DNA of 63,414 nucleotides, counting the filler, from Octopus bimaculoides (lineage: Eukaryota), in assembly GCF_001194135.2 (NCBI RefSeq). It is 8 parts of 7 records of this genome, joined end to end, with 100 filler letters (N's around TTAATTAATTAA, not from the genome) between each part and the next. Parts side by side here need not be neighbours in the genome. Positions count along the whole stretch, not along the records: positions 52,327 to 55,188 come from NC_068999.1; positions 55,289 to 60,269 come from NC_068983.1; positions 60,370 to 63,414 come from NC_068997.1; 5 more parts are not named here. One strand, given 5' to 3'. This document shows, piece after piece, positions 52,743 to 63,414 of the stretch (positions are counted from its first letter, which is position 1; each line of letters starts with the position of its first letter). Both the position numbers and the translations under genes were made by a program. The notes below the pieces were generated by a model. The model ran no database searches, was not told the origin of the DNA, and saw nothing but the letters and a program-made list of their open reading frames with translations.

Positions 52743-53600
52743 NNNNNNNNNNNNNNNNNNNNNNNNNNNNNNNNNNNNNNNNNNNNNNNNNNNNNNNNNN
52801 NNNNNNNNNNNNNNNNNNNNNNNNNNNNNNNNNNNNNNNNNNNNNNNNNNNNNNNNNNNNNNNNNNNNNNNNNNNNNNNNNNNNNNNNNNNNNNNNNNNN
52901 NNNNNNNNNNNNNNNNNNNNNNNNNNNNNNNNNNNNNNNNNNNNNNNNNNNNNNNNNNNNNNNNNNNNNNNNNNNNNNNNNNNNNNNNNNNNNNNNNNNN
53001 NNNNNNNNNNNNNNNNNNNNNNNNNNNNNNNNNNNNNNNNNNNNNNNNNNNNNNNNNNNNNNNNNNNNNNNNNNNNNNNNNNNNNNNNNNNNNNNNNNNN
53101 NNNNNNNNNNNNNNNNNNNNNNNNNNNNNNNNNNNNNNNNNNNNNNNNNNNNNNNNNNNNNNNNNNNNNNNNNNNNNNNNNNNNNNNNNNNNNNNNNNNN
53201 NNNNNNNNNNNNNNNNNNNNNNNNNNNNNNNNNNNNNNNNNNNNNNNNNNNNNNNNNNNNNNNNNNNNNNNNNNNNNNNNNNNNNNNNNNNNNNNNNNNN
53301 NNNNNNNNNNNNNNNNNNNNNNNNNNNNNNNNNNNNNNNNNNNNNNNNNNNNNNNNNNNNNNNNNNNNNNNNNNNNNNNNNNNNNNNNNNNNNNNNNNNN
53401 NNNNNNNNNNNNNNNNNNNNNNNNNNNNNNNNNNNNNNNNNNNNNNNNNNNNNNNNNNNNNNNNNNNNNNNNNNNNNNNNNNNNNNNNNNNNNNNNNNNN
53501 NNNNNNNNNNNNNNNNNNNNNNNNNNNNNNNNNNNNNNNNNNNNNNNNNNNNNNNNNNNNNNNNNNNNNNNNNNNNNNNNNNNNNNNNNNNNNNNNNNNN

Positions 53601-53995
53601 CTCTCTGTCTCTCTCTACCTCTCTGTCTCTCTCTACCTCTCTGTCTCTCTCTACCTCTCTGTCTCTCTCTACATCTTTCTCTGTCTGTCTCTCTAACTCT
53701 GTATGTCTCTCTCTCTCTCTCTGTCTATCTCTCTCTATTTGTCTATGTCTATCTCTCTCTATTTGTCTATGTCTATCTTTTTCTTTGTCTATCTCTGTCG
53801 CTCCCTGTTTGTCTATGTTTGTCTGTCTCTGTCTATCTTTTTTTGTCTATCTCTTTCATTATCTCTCTTTCATTATCTCTCTCTCTCTCTCTCTCTCTAC
53901 TTCTCTGTTTCTCTATCTCAATGCTTATCTCTCTCTTTCTATCTCTTCATCTCTCTCTTTCTATCTCTTCATCTCTCTTTCTCTCTCTCTCTCTC
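53601..53995. repeat. Degenerate (CT)n polypyrimidine tract
   Basis: Direct inspection. Confidence 0.9.
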
Positions 53996-54150
53996 ACACA
54001 GCTTTCATTTATGCATTTTTATGCCATATATACATAATTAAAAAAAAAAAGAATTTTGTAAATTTCTCACTCACATGCAGTGTGTATGTATGTGTGTGTG
54101 TGTGTGCATTTGGAAATTATTGTGTAAATACCTGGTCACATATATATGTG

Positions 54151-54402
54151 AAGGCACGTGGCGTAGTGGTTAGAGCATTGCTAGATCATGGTTTCAATTC
54201 CCAGACTGGGCAGTGCATTGTGTTCTTGAGCAACACTTTTCATTTTACATTGTTTCAATTCCCCCCTTTCAATCAAGGGGGGATTGTTGGCCTGCTCTCG
54301 CCTCACCCACTGGAGTAGCATCATTCAAACTCTGAAACGATACAAAGCACATTGTGACTAGCGATGTGTAACAACCTCTAATAGCCTGATCAGTCACGTG
54401 AT
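54151..54402 (+). mobile_element. tRNA-headed SINE (other family)
   Basis: A box TGGCGTAGTGG, B-box-like GGTTTCAATTCC, TGTTCTTGAGCAA. Confidence 0.7.
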
Positions 54403-54405
54403 CTA

Positions 54406-54452
<47 letters not shown>

Positions 54453-54950
54453 GCACACATGCATGTATGTGCATATATCTGTGTATGTAAGGATATATAT
54501 TTCTGTATGTATGTATATAGATATTTATGTATGCATTTATGTGTATGTTTACGTGTCTATCTATATGTGTGTATGTATGTATGTATATATAAAAATATGT
54601 TTATATGTGTTTTTAATGTGTTTTTATATATATGTTGTATATGTGTATACATATATATATATATATATCAGTTTAATATATATACATATATATAGATGTA
54701 TATATGTAAGGAAAGAAGGTGAAAGGAAGTTACCTTTTGCGTCCTCACCTGGCATTGTTCGTGTCTTGACCATCTCCCTCTAATGGCTATTTTTATGGAC
54801 ATTTTCTTCCATTGTCATTTCCTGACCTTCAGATCTCTTCATTTTATTTATCTGATCCTCCTTGCTGTATGTACATTCAATTCTACATACATTCAAACAC
54901 ACATTTGTGCAACACACACACACACACACACACATATATACATATGTTTA

Positions 54951-54994
<44 letters not shown>

Positions 54995-55705
54995 CATAAA
55001 TGTATATGTATGCATATATGCATGTGTGAGTGTATATATATATATTAATATATATATATATGTATGTATATATATATGTGTGTGTGTATATATGTAATGC
55101 AATATGTGTATACTTGTTATATATGTAATATATATATTATATATATATAATATCTTATGTAACTATGTGATATGATATGCATATATATNNNNNNNNNNNN
55201 NNNNNNNNNNNNNNNNNNNNNNNNNNNNNNNNTTAATTAATTAANNNNNNNNNNNNNNNNNNNNNNNNNNNNNNNNNNNNNNNNNNNNACCACAACGACC
55301 AAAGAAACGACAACGCAGCACCTGAATCAGGAAGAACATCGACATCAGTAGTAACAGTAGTAGCAACAATAACAACTACTACAACAACTTACAGAACTGT
55401 AGACGTCGAGAAAGTATACTGTCATGAATTGCTAGAAAGAACAACGAAATCTTAACTGTATTTCTACTATTTTGTCATTCGATTTGGTGTCTGAGACAGA
55501 AAAGAACATGCGATGGCAAGGCTTCGATGCTGTCGACGATAGTTTAATGTTACGTTAATAACGACAAAATATGACAAAAGCTGTTTTTATGTATTAGTTC
55601 AAATCACAAGAGTATATCTACCTTTCAGTCACTTAATAAGTATCACTCGCTTGCTCCGACACAATTTGCAAGCCATGAAAGAAAGGTATCCCTACATAAG
55701 TACCA

Positions 55706-55900
55706 TAGTGCAATGATTAGAGCGTCAGAATCACAATAAAGAGATAGTGAGTGCGATTCCCGGACCGGGCTCTGTATTTTGTTCTTGAAAAGACATTTTA
55801 TGTCAGGTTGCTCCACTTCAGCTACCTGTAAAAATGAGTTACGTCGTCGATGGAGCCAAGTTGCATCGGTTTTTGTTTTTCCCTTGGATAACATCGGTGG
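55706..55900 (+). mobile_element. Decayed tRNA-headed SINE
   Basis: GATTAGAGCGTC..GCGATTCCCGGACCGGGC..TTGCTCCAC..AAATGAGT. Confidence 0.6.
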
Positions 55901-56016
55901 CTTAAGTGAATATTGCTGGAAAAAAATATGTGAGATTTTCTGAAGAAAGAAACACAGAAAAGTGAGACTGAAAGTACTATACTGGCATCATGACTATACT
56001 TGATCAGGAATTATAA

Positions 56017-56470
56017 GGGTCAAGCTCAAGAATGAGAAAGTCACTCCGCTGTGCCGCATCTGTAATAGAGTGAACGAAACCATTTTCCATATCATGAACG
56101 AATGTCCTAGACTTGCCCAAAACCACAAGTTTGGGCAAGATGATGAACTAGCGGAAGTTCCACATTGGAAACTGTACGAAAACTGGGGGACAAGAAATAT
56201 GCAAGGCATGGTATGAGCACAAACCTCATAAAGTCTGATGTCGGAAACCTGCAAAATCAATTGGAATTTCCCAATACAGACAGATCATGTGCTAGAGCAT
56301 AACCGACAGGACCTAGTGGTGGTGGACAAGATGCACCATATGTGCCATATAGTTGATGCTGCATGCTCTCTAAAATAGAAAATAACCCGGATGTGTAGAA
56401 TTAGGAGGGTTCAGATAGTGCAAATTATTGTTGGGTCCTTGGGGAAAATATCAGAAGGCATCAAGAGGAA
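56017..56470 (+). mobile_element. R4/Dong-clade LINE C-terminus: CCHC knuckle and RLE nuclease, decayed
   Basis: CRICNRVNETIFHIMNEC; WYEHKP; PIQTDHVLEHNRQDLVVVDK..CHIVD; IIVGSLG. Confidence 0.88.
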
Positions 56471-57063
56471 TATAAAGGAAAACAGAAAACTGCTGCAAAA
56501 GTTTTGGCTCTTTGGCCCAGCCTCAATAACCAGGAAAGCATTAGATAGTTGTACAGAATAAATAGCAGGATGCTGTAGTCTCCAGGCAACAAGCCCGCCA
56601 CGTTAGTAAGACTCCAGAAAAAGAAATCGAGAAAAAATACATAATAATAAACTATAATAATATAAACGAAAGCCTGTTTTTCTGTCTGGGTTCCTTGCAT
56701 CTCAGTCAACATTTGCTCTACATAGACATATTATACCTTGTTGGATTTAGGATGATACTGGGATTGGAAATCTGCCCTTCATTTGATTTTTGAATATCCA
56801 GCATTGGGATCTGATTTAATCGAATTTGTGTTGCTATTTCTAGCTGATTCACGCCATCTTAGTTGGCGTTTGTCCGATGGCATCAGAGATAAAGAGAGGA
56901 GATATATTACTTTTTGTTTCGTTAATTTTACGTCGAGATAAGAACTTTGCGACAAGCTGGCCAACAGCTGGAATTCAATTTGGGACTGGAGCAATAAAAT
57001 GATAGAAATACACAATTAAGTCTCATCATACAGTTCTATATTTAAGAAATGAGGAAATAAGTA

Positions 57064-57200
57064 CGTTATTTACATTATTTTCATTTGACGGATATTTGTT
57101 CTCATATTATTTGTTGTTAACACAGATTCGGTTGATATATCCTCCAGCCTTCATCAGGTGTCTTGGGGAGATTTCGAACCTGGCTTCTCATTCTTAAGGT
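57064..57200 (-). mobile_element. Second copy of the hammerhead-bearing tail, core decayed
   Basis: Minus strand GACACCTGATGAAGGCTGGAGGATATATCAACCGAATCTGTGTT. Confidence 0.8.
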
Positions 57201-57244
57201 ATTTGTCGATGTTGTTGTTGTCATTATTATTATTATTATTATTA

Positions 57245-57321
<77 letters not shown>

Positions 57322-57323
<2 letters not shown>

Positions 57324-57495
57324 TTGACAACCTATGCTGGTGTGTTTACGTCCCCGTAACTTAGTGGTTCGGCAAAAAGAACCCGATAGAATAAGTACTA
57401 GGCTTACACAGAATAAGCTCTGGAATCGATTTGCTCGACTAAAGGCGGTGCTCCATCATGGCCGCAGTCAAATGACTGAAACAAGTAAAAGAAAT
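57322..57495 (+). mobile_element. SINE family B 3' half
   Basis: GTGTTTACGTCCCCGTAACTTAG..GGCGGTGCTCCATCATGGCCGCAGTCAAATGACTGAAAC. Confidence 0.9.
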
Positions 57496-57689
57496 ATGAG
57501 ATCACCATATCGTACATATATGGTTTTGATGTATGTGCCTGGTGCACCCTTATCAGAAGGGTAGCCCTGATGGGTATGCTGGACTTCGTATATTTTACCA
57601 GTGTTACTTTGATGACATATACCGTCATTATGATATCTCGCACCCTAAGAACTAGTATGAATACCATCCACAGTCAGCTACTGAGAGAG

Positions 57690-57995
57690 ATGTTACCTTC
57701 CTGATATCAAGTTACCTACTGATAGAAAACTTCAGTCAAAGAATAACTATAAAAATAAATGACCCTTGAGATTGAGATATCTAGGACGTAACAAGTAAAA
57801 ACCAAAACCATTCCTGGTTGTGGGTGCCCTGAAAATGATCCAGAAAGATAGTGTCGATTTTTTTTTTTTTAATCAGATCCCAGGGAAACCAACAATTTAC
57901 GAAGTTCGAAAAGTTGTGATGACATCAACCGCTCACCTTCTCAGAGAATTTCTTTCTCTCTAATATATAAATGCCTTAGGTCTCTGGTTGAGACC
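57690..57995 (+). mobile_element. R4/Dong-clade LINE 3' end, decayed
   Basis: LEIEISRT..KTKTIP..VGAL..YEVRKVVMTSTAHLLREFLSL*. Confidence 0.8.
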
Positions 57996-59619
57996 CGGCC
58001 GGAAAATAAAATAAAATGGAAATCACATAAAAAAGGGTGGAAAACCCCCCAGAAAATGATCCTTTCTACAATAAGCACATATTCTGAAATTTTGTGAGAA
58101 AGTGCTAGTCGCTTAGATCGATCGTAGTACTTTACTGGTACTTATTTTTTCGAATCGCTACAATAATTCCTAACAACATAAACTATAGGGGCATTATATC
58201 CTTATTTAATTTAATCTAACTTAATTTAATTTATTCAGTAGAAGACCTCTTTCATTTACCATCTTATACTACAATTATCTTTCTACATCGTTCTCTCAAA
58301 TCCTTATTTATTTCCTCTAGTTTTCTATAATTCTTTATTTCACTCTACGTTTAGCTCATGTTTCCAGTACAACAATTTAATTAAATATCATTTTCAAGCA
58401 AACGCATATTTTATAGAAACCAATAATCGATATTCTCAATTGTACAAACATTAATATCTATCTGTTTACTTCTATACTCACATTTAAGCATATTCGTACT
58501 TCTCATTAAACTTACAATTTTAAATTTTACATCCTAATCGTTACAATATATGAATTCATTATTCTGGTAGCTATCAGCAAAGACATGCATCTAACATGCA
58601 CTTGCAGCCCTCATTATGTACCTTATAGTCTATAAGATTATAAACCTGAATCCCATCTCATTCTCTTTGCCTCTTCCATCCTCTACTTAGCATAGTTGTT
58701 TCCGTCTAATAAACATTGCATTGAACATCATATCACACAACTAGAGACTAGTAAGTATATTTTATCCCGTACTTCACTTTTCTCCTGAAGCTCTAGGCCC
58801 CTATTCACATAATTGACCCGTTTGGCAGGTCTAGCTAACTGATAATTCTAATTTACTTGCTGGTTACGCTAGAGCATTTTATATATAGTCTCTTTCACTT
58901 CATTTCACTCAGTATCCCCCTTTCCTATACATATATTGTCTTTCTCTTTGCATTTATGCATGTATATATATTTTGTATATCAAACATAAGTTCTTACATT
59001 TATTTTTTTAACCGCATAATTGCCTCTGTCTGTCTGTCTGTCTCTCTCTGTCTCTGTCTCTCTCTCTCTCTCTCTCGCTTTCTCTCTCTCTCTTTTGCTT
59101 TCGCTTTCTCTCTCTCTTTCGCTTTCACTTTATCTCTCTTGATTTCTCTGTCTCTATATATGTGTATATGTGTGTGTGTGTTTGTGTGTGTGCATGTGTG
59201 CGTTTGTGTGTATGTCTGATATCCATAATACCTCTGCTTGTTATGTAGCGTGTTATCTTGAGATTTTAACTACCATAGCTAAGCAATAAAAATGTTTTAC
59301 ACGATTTGAGCATTCGCTATTCTACAGAAAAAATGGCGAGGCAAAAGAACAAACGGGTAAAATATAAATCTTAATTTTTACCAGTGGACATTGTGAGTAA
59401 ACATATCCATAGACTGCAAATATTATTATATTATATGTCTGTATAAAGATTATACATGAAGGGAAAAAGCCACTAAGTGGTTTTTCAACATGCTAAAAAT
59501 AGGAGTTGAATACCAAACCACGACAAAACAAATTCTTATTTTAGCACGTTGAATTTTGGCGGGTAGGACAAATTGAAAGAGTCATTTAAAATATTTAATT
59601 AAGGTAAGGTGAATTTAAA

Positions 59620-59695
59620 GTCTTACTGATGCTTCTGGGATATCCCAAGTAATAGGCTAGCATGTTCGAACACTGGGTATTCCGTCATCAGAGAC
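59620..59695 (-). ncRNA. Type I hammerhead motif with long stem II, one core mutation (GAAG)
   Basis: Stem I GTCT/AGAC, CTGATGA, stem II of about 13 bp, GUA triplet. Confidence 0.6.
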
Positions 59696-60074
59696 AAGAT
59701 AAGTATGCATGAAAGATCTGCACAGGGAAACCCACAGTTTATAAAAAATAAAATTGTAGATAGAAGAACAAAGAGTAAAACAGTAGACATAAGAATACAG
59801 ATAGCTCATCTTCTTCCAGAGGATATGGAGGTTGGTCCGTACTTTCATGAAGGTATAAGCTTTTAGGTATAATCCCAGGTAAATCCAGGCAGATTTTGGC
59901 AGTATGTTGAAGGAATAGAATTAAGTGATTCCCTAGTATGAAAATGGTCCACGTGGGTTTATAGAGTGAGAAAGAAAGACATCATGATAGAGATATGGGT
60001 TGTGTACACGTGTGTGTCTATATGTATACATGGATACTTTTACACACTCACACACACACATACACACACACACA

Positions 60075-60149
<75 letters not shown>

Positions 60150-60974
60150 ATATATATATATATATATATAATGCGAGAAAGTTAGGAGTTGAGGATTCAA
60201 CTCACTAAGGGATAGTATCTATCCAATATATTGCTAGGAGGGTACCCAATTATTGCTACACTAGTGTTANNNNNNNNNNNNNNNNNNNNNNNNNNNNNNN
60301 NNNNNNNNNNNNNTTAATTAATTAANNNNNNNNNNNNNNNNNNNNNNNNNNNNNNNNNNNNNNNNNNNNCTCGTCCACAGTAAGATTTTAATTTCATTCA
60401 TAATTTCTGCGACTCTACACTCTGTTTCCTTCCTTTCTTTCTTTCTTTCTTTCTTTCCTTCTTTGTTTCTTTCTTTCTTTCTTTCTTTTTACCCCTCTAC
60501 AATCCTCTTTATTTTCCCTTTCTCACCCCACCTTTTTTGTTATCCCCTGTCTTCCACTCCTTACTATCTTTCGTTCCTTCTGCTTTCTCACTCCCTTCGT
60601 TTCTTACCCTCATCCTCCCCCTTGTCTCCCTTCTCTTCTGCCTGCTTGTTCCCACGTGACTACAGGCCATTTTTTTCTCACTTCTGTCTTTTCTGGACGC
60701 GACGCATACTTAACTGGACGTCATTTCTTCTCGACATTTTTCTCTCTTTTTTTCTCTTCTACTATTTTCTTCTCTTCTATTCATTCTATATCCTTTCAAA
60801 ACTTCTCCCAGGCGTTACCCTTTACAATGTGTTTTGGCCTAACGGCACTTAATGTTTGTCTTCGTCGATTGTTTACTCTATATGTCCACCCTGTCGTTTT
60901 CTGTTTGTTCGAAGCTCAAACTCTGCAGAAATTTTAAAACTATAAAGTTTCTGGATGCTGCAGTTTAATAGATC

Positions 60975-61024
60975 CTATAAGCGCGAGTCCGCTGCCCTAA
61001 CCACTGGGCCATTGCGCCTCCACA
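60975..61024 (-). mobile_element. SINE family C tRNA-like head only
   Basis: Reverse complement of GTGGAGGCGCAATGGCCCAGTGGTTAGGGCAGCGGACTCGCG. Confidence 0.9.
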
Positions 61025-61677
61025 TACACATACACACACATACATATATAAACACACACATGTACATACATATAAGGCAATATTCGTCAACATGATTTCG
61101 GACATAACCGCTTTTTTTTGCTTACAGATATATGTCTGAAACAGGTTTCATAGCATTTCTTCCATAGACCCTTAAAAGACTACCTAAGCTTGATATGGGT
61201 TTAGTTTTTTTTTTTTTTTTTTTTTGTAAGCAATTTTGTGCAAAATTCAGTCAAGACTTATACCACTAATCAACTCCACCCTTCTGCCTTCATCCAAAAT
61301 AAAATTTTGTCAGCTATAGATGAGAACACCTTTTTCGATAAACAAGAGCTGGAGATATTGAAGCTGAATCTATATAAGCGTCCTGTGTTGCTCGCCAAAA
61401 TTTCACTCTTCATGAATGACAAGTCATACATTTGAAAGCCTAATGTAACTACAGCCAGATTACCACGAGATCATCTACCATGCATTACGTGAACCATCTT
61501 GCAATTATCAAAGCATTAACACTATTTGATGGGCAATTCGAATTATGCAAAACTATCAGTTATTGTTATTCAGTGAAAGGACTTTCCAAGTGACTAGTAC
61601 TGATGTATAAGGACTTTTTAAAATATGTGCTGGGAACGCTGAGAGAGAAATATTTTCCGTTCACCATAATCCATCTC

Positions 61678-61893
61678 TCGGATCACTATTCTTCGTTCTT
61701 CTTTGGTGCACATTGCTAGTGGAGCGGCCATGTTTACATTGTAAAACGAAAAATAAAAATCGCGCGATCAGGCTCAAACTTCGATCACGTGACCATGATA
61801 ATACCAACTATAAGCACGCATGCGCAGAAGGCAGTGTGACAATAATAAATATATGGTATGGCGAAAGTGCGGATAAGTTTTGACTTCCCCTCG
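61678..61893 (-). mobile_element. Mariner (irritans-like) 5' end: TIR, UTR and first 18 codons
   Basis: TA|CGAGGGGAAGTCAAAACTTATCCGC; ATG at 61731 gives MAAPLAMCTKEERRIVIR. Confidence 0.8.
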
Positions 61894-62013
61894 TACATGT
61901 ATGTATGCATATATATACATACAAACACACACAAATGCATGTGTACATAAGGATACACATCTTAGAAGAACAGAATGGAGTAAATGGAGCAAGAACACAC
62001 ACGGAAACGAAAA

Positions 62014-62058
62014 GTACCGCTGAAGAGGTCACAGATGTGTGACGGAAGATTTCCGGAC
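62014..62058 (+). ncRNA. Type I hammerhead motif, two mutations
   Basis: CCG|CTGAAGA|G GTCACA GATG TGTGAC G|GAAG ATTTC|CGG. Confidence 0.6.
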
Positions 62059-62461
62059 AATGGACATAAAATAAATAAGAACAGTAATAAGCGAGTGAAG
62101 AATATATATATATATATATANNNNNNNNNNNNNNNNNNNNNNNNNNNNNNNNNNNNNNNNNNNNNNNNNNNNNNNNNNNNNNNNNNNNNNNNNNNNNNNN
62201 NNNNNNNNNNNNNNNNNNNNNNNNNNNNNNNNNNNNNNNNNNNNNNNNNNNNNNNNNNNNNNNNNNNNNNNNNNNNNNNNNNNNNNNNNNNNNNNNNNNN
62301 NNNNNNNNNNNNNNNNNNNNNNNNNNNNNNNNNNNNNNNNNNNNNNNNNNNNNNNNNNNNNNNNNNNNNNNNNNNNNNNNNNNNNNNNNNNNNNNNNNNN
62401 NNNNNNNNNNNNNNNNNNNNNNNNNNNNNNNNNNNNNNNNNNNNNNNNNNNNNNNNNNNNN

Positions 62462-62503
<42 letters not shown>

Positions 62504-62636
62504 GCCAAGTGGCTGTGGTCATGTTGGAGCACCATACATATATATGTGTGTATATATACATATATATGTATATATACGTATATATATGTGTATATATACA
62601 TATATGTATATATATCGATATCTATATCTATGTCTA

Positions 62637-62679
<43 letters not shown>

Positions 62680-62765
62680 ATAATTGTTAAACAAGACAGC
62701 AAACTTTAAGTCAAGGCAGGTATCTCAAGTCGTATATGAAATTATTATAGGAAGAAATTCAAAAA

Positions 62766-62820
62766 CCTTACAGCTGTTTCTGTGATACCCTCGAGTATGG
62801 GATATTCCGTCATCACTAAG
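62766..62820 (-). ncRNA. Decayed hammerhead motif, same family as 59620-59695
   Basis: GTGATGA (C3 to G)..GAAACAGCTGTA with palindromic stem III. Confidence 0.5.
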
Positions 62821-63154
62821 AAAATAGGAAAAATGAGAATGGTATATATTAGAAGACGACATAGATGAAGGGAGTAAAAGAAGAAGGAGATGGAAAGAAA
62901 GAAGAAAAAAGAAACATAAAAGTTCATAGTTCAACTTTGCGAAGTTATAGAAACAAGAGCATGAGTCCTTAGGTGCAATCCTGCGTAAATCCATGAGCGT
63001 AAGTCTTTAGATGCAATCCTGCGTATATCCATGTGGGTTAAAATCCTGATAAAGCAGACATCCCAAGAAAAAAAGACGAAAGCATATCAACGTTCAATAA
63101 CAGCTTAGCTGTTAACGACATTCTTGTATAAAAATATTATGTATATATATTCTT

Positions 63155-63358
63155 TTCTTTTATTTGTTTCAGTCATTTGATTGCAGCCATGCTGGAGCAC
63201 CACTTTTAGTCGAGCGAATTGACCCCAGGACTTATGCTTAGTAAGCCTGGTATTTATTCTATCGGTTATCATTTGGCGAACTGGTACGTTACGGGGACGC
63301 AAACACACCCATATCGGTCTTCAAGCGATGTTGGGGGACAAACATAGACACACAAACT

Positions 63359-63360
<2 letters not shown>
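63155..63360 (-). mobile_element. SINE family B 3' half
   Basis: TTTCAGTCATTTGATTGCAGCCATGCTGGAGCACC..TTACGGGGACGCAAACACAC. Confidence 0.88.

Positions 63361-63414
<54 letters not shown>

Noticed and set aside
54720-54890. Minus-strand frame ending at good donors (CAG|GTGAGG, AAG|GTAACT)
   Set aside because: In-frame TAG and no polypyrimidine tract
60800-60875. Minus-strand GACGAAG..GGCCAAAACACATTGTA possible hammerhead relic
   Set aside because: Too many changes needed; stem I absent

Overview
AT-rich, gap-riddled eukaryotic non-coding DNA. The SINE families and extreme microsatellite load look to me like an octopus (coleoid cephalopod) short-read scaffold; this is pattern recognition, not a database result. 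I found no host protein-coding gene, rRNA or intact tRNA that I can support, and almost all listed ORFs are microsatellite or N-gap artefacts. The window is mostly decayed mobile DNA: a near-full mellifera-like mariner (1-1360), two Tc1 remnants, a DD37D (maT) remnant, an irritans-like mariner 5' end, hAT and mariner MITEs, RTE and R4/Dong LINE fragments, and about 40 tRNA-derived SINE pieces. The main result is a set of type I hammerhead-ribozyme motifs of Penelope/retrozyme style from at least four sequence families. One of them (48965-49010) has an intact catalytic core and sits in the 3' half of an element with a tRNA-like Pol III head, which makes it a candidate ribozyme-bearing SINE. Also notable are a 7-unit tandem SINE array, a SINE whose B box was replaced by a template-switch hairpin with a cUUCGg loop, several foldback elements, and a Dong-like LINE end embedded in TAA repeats. 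All alignments and folds were done by eye.
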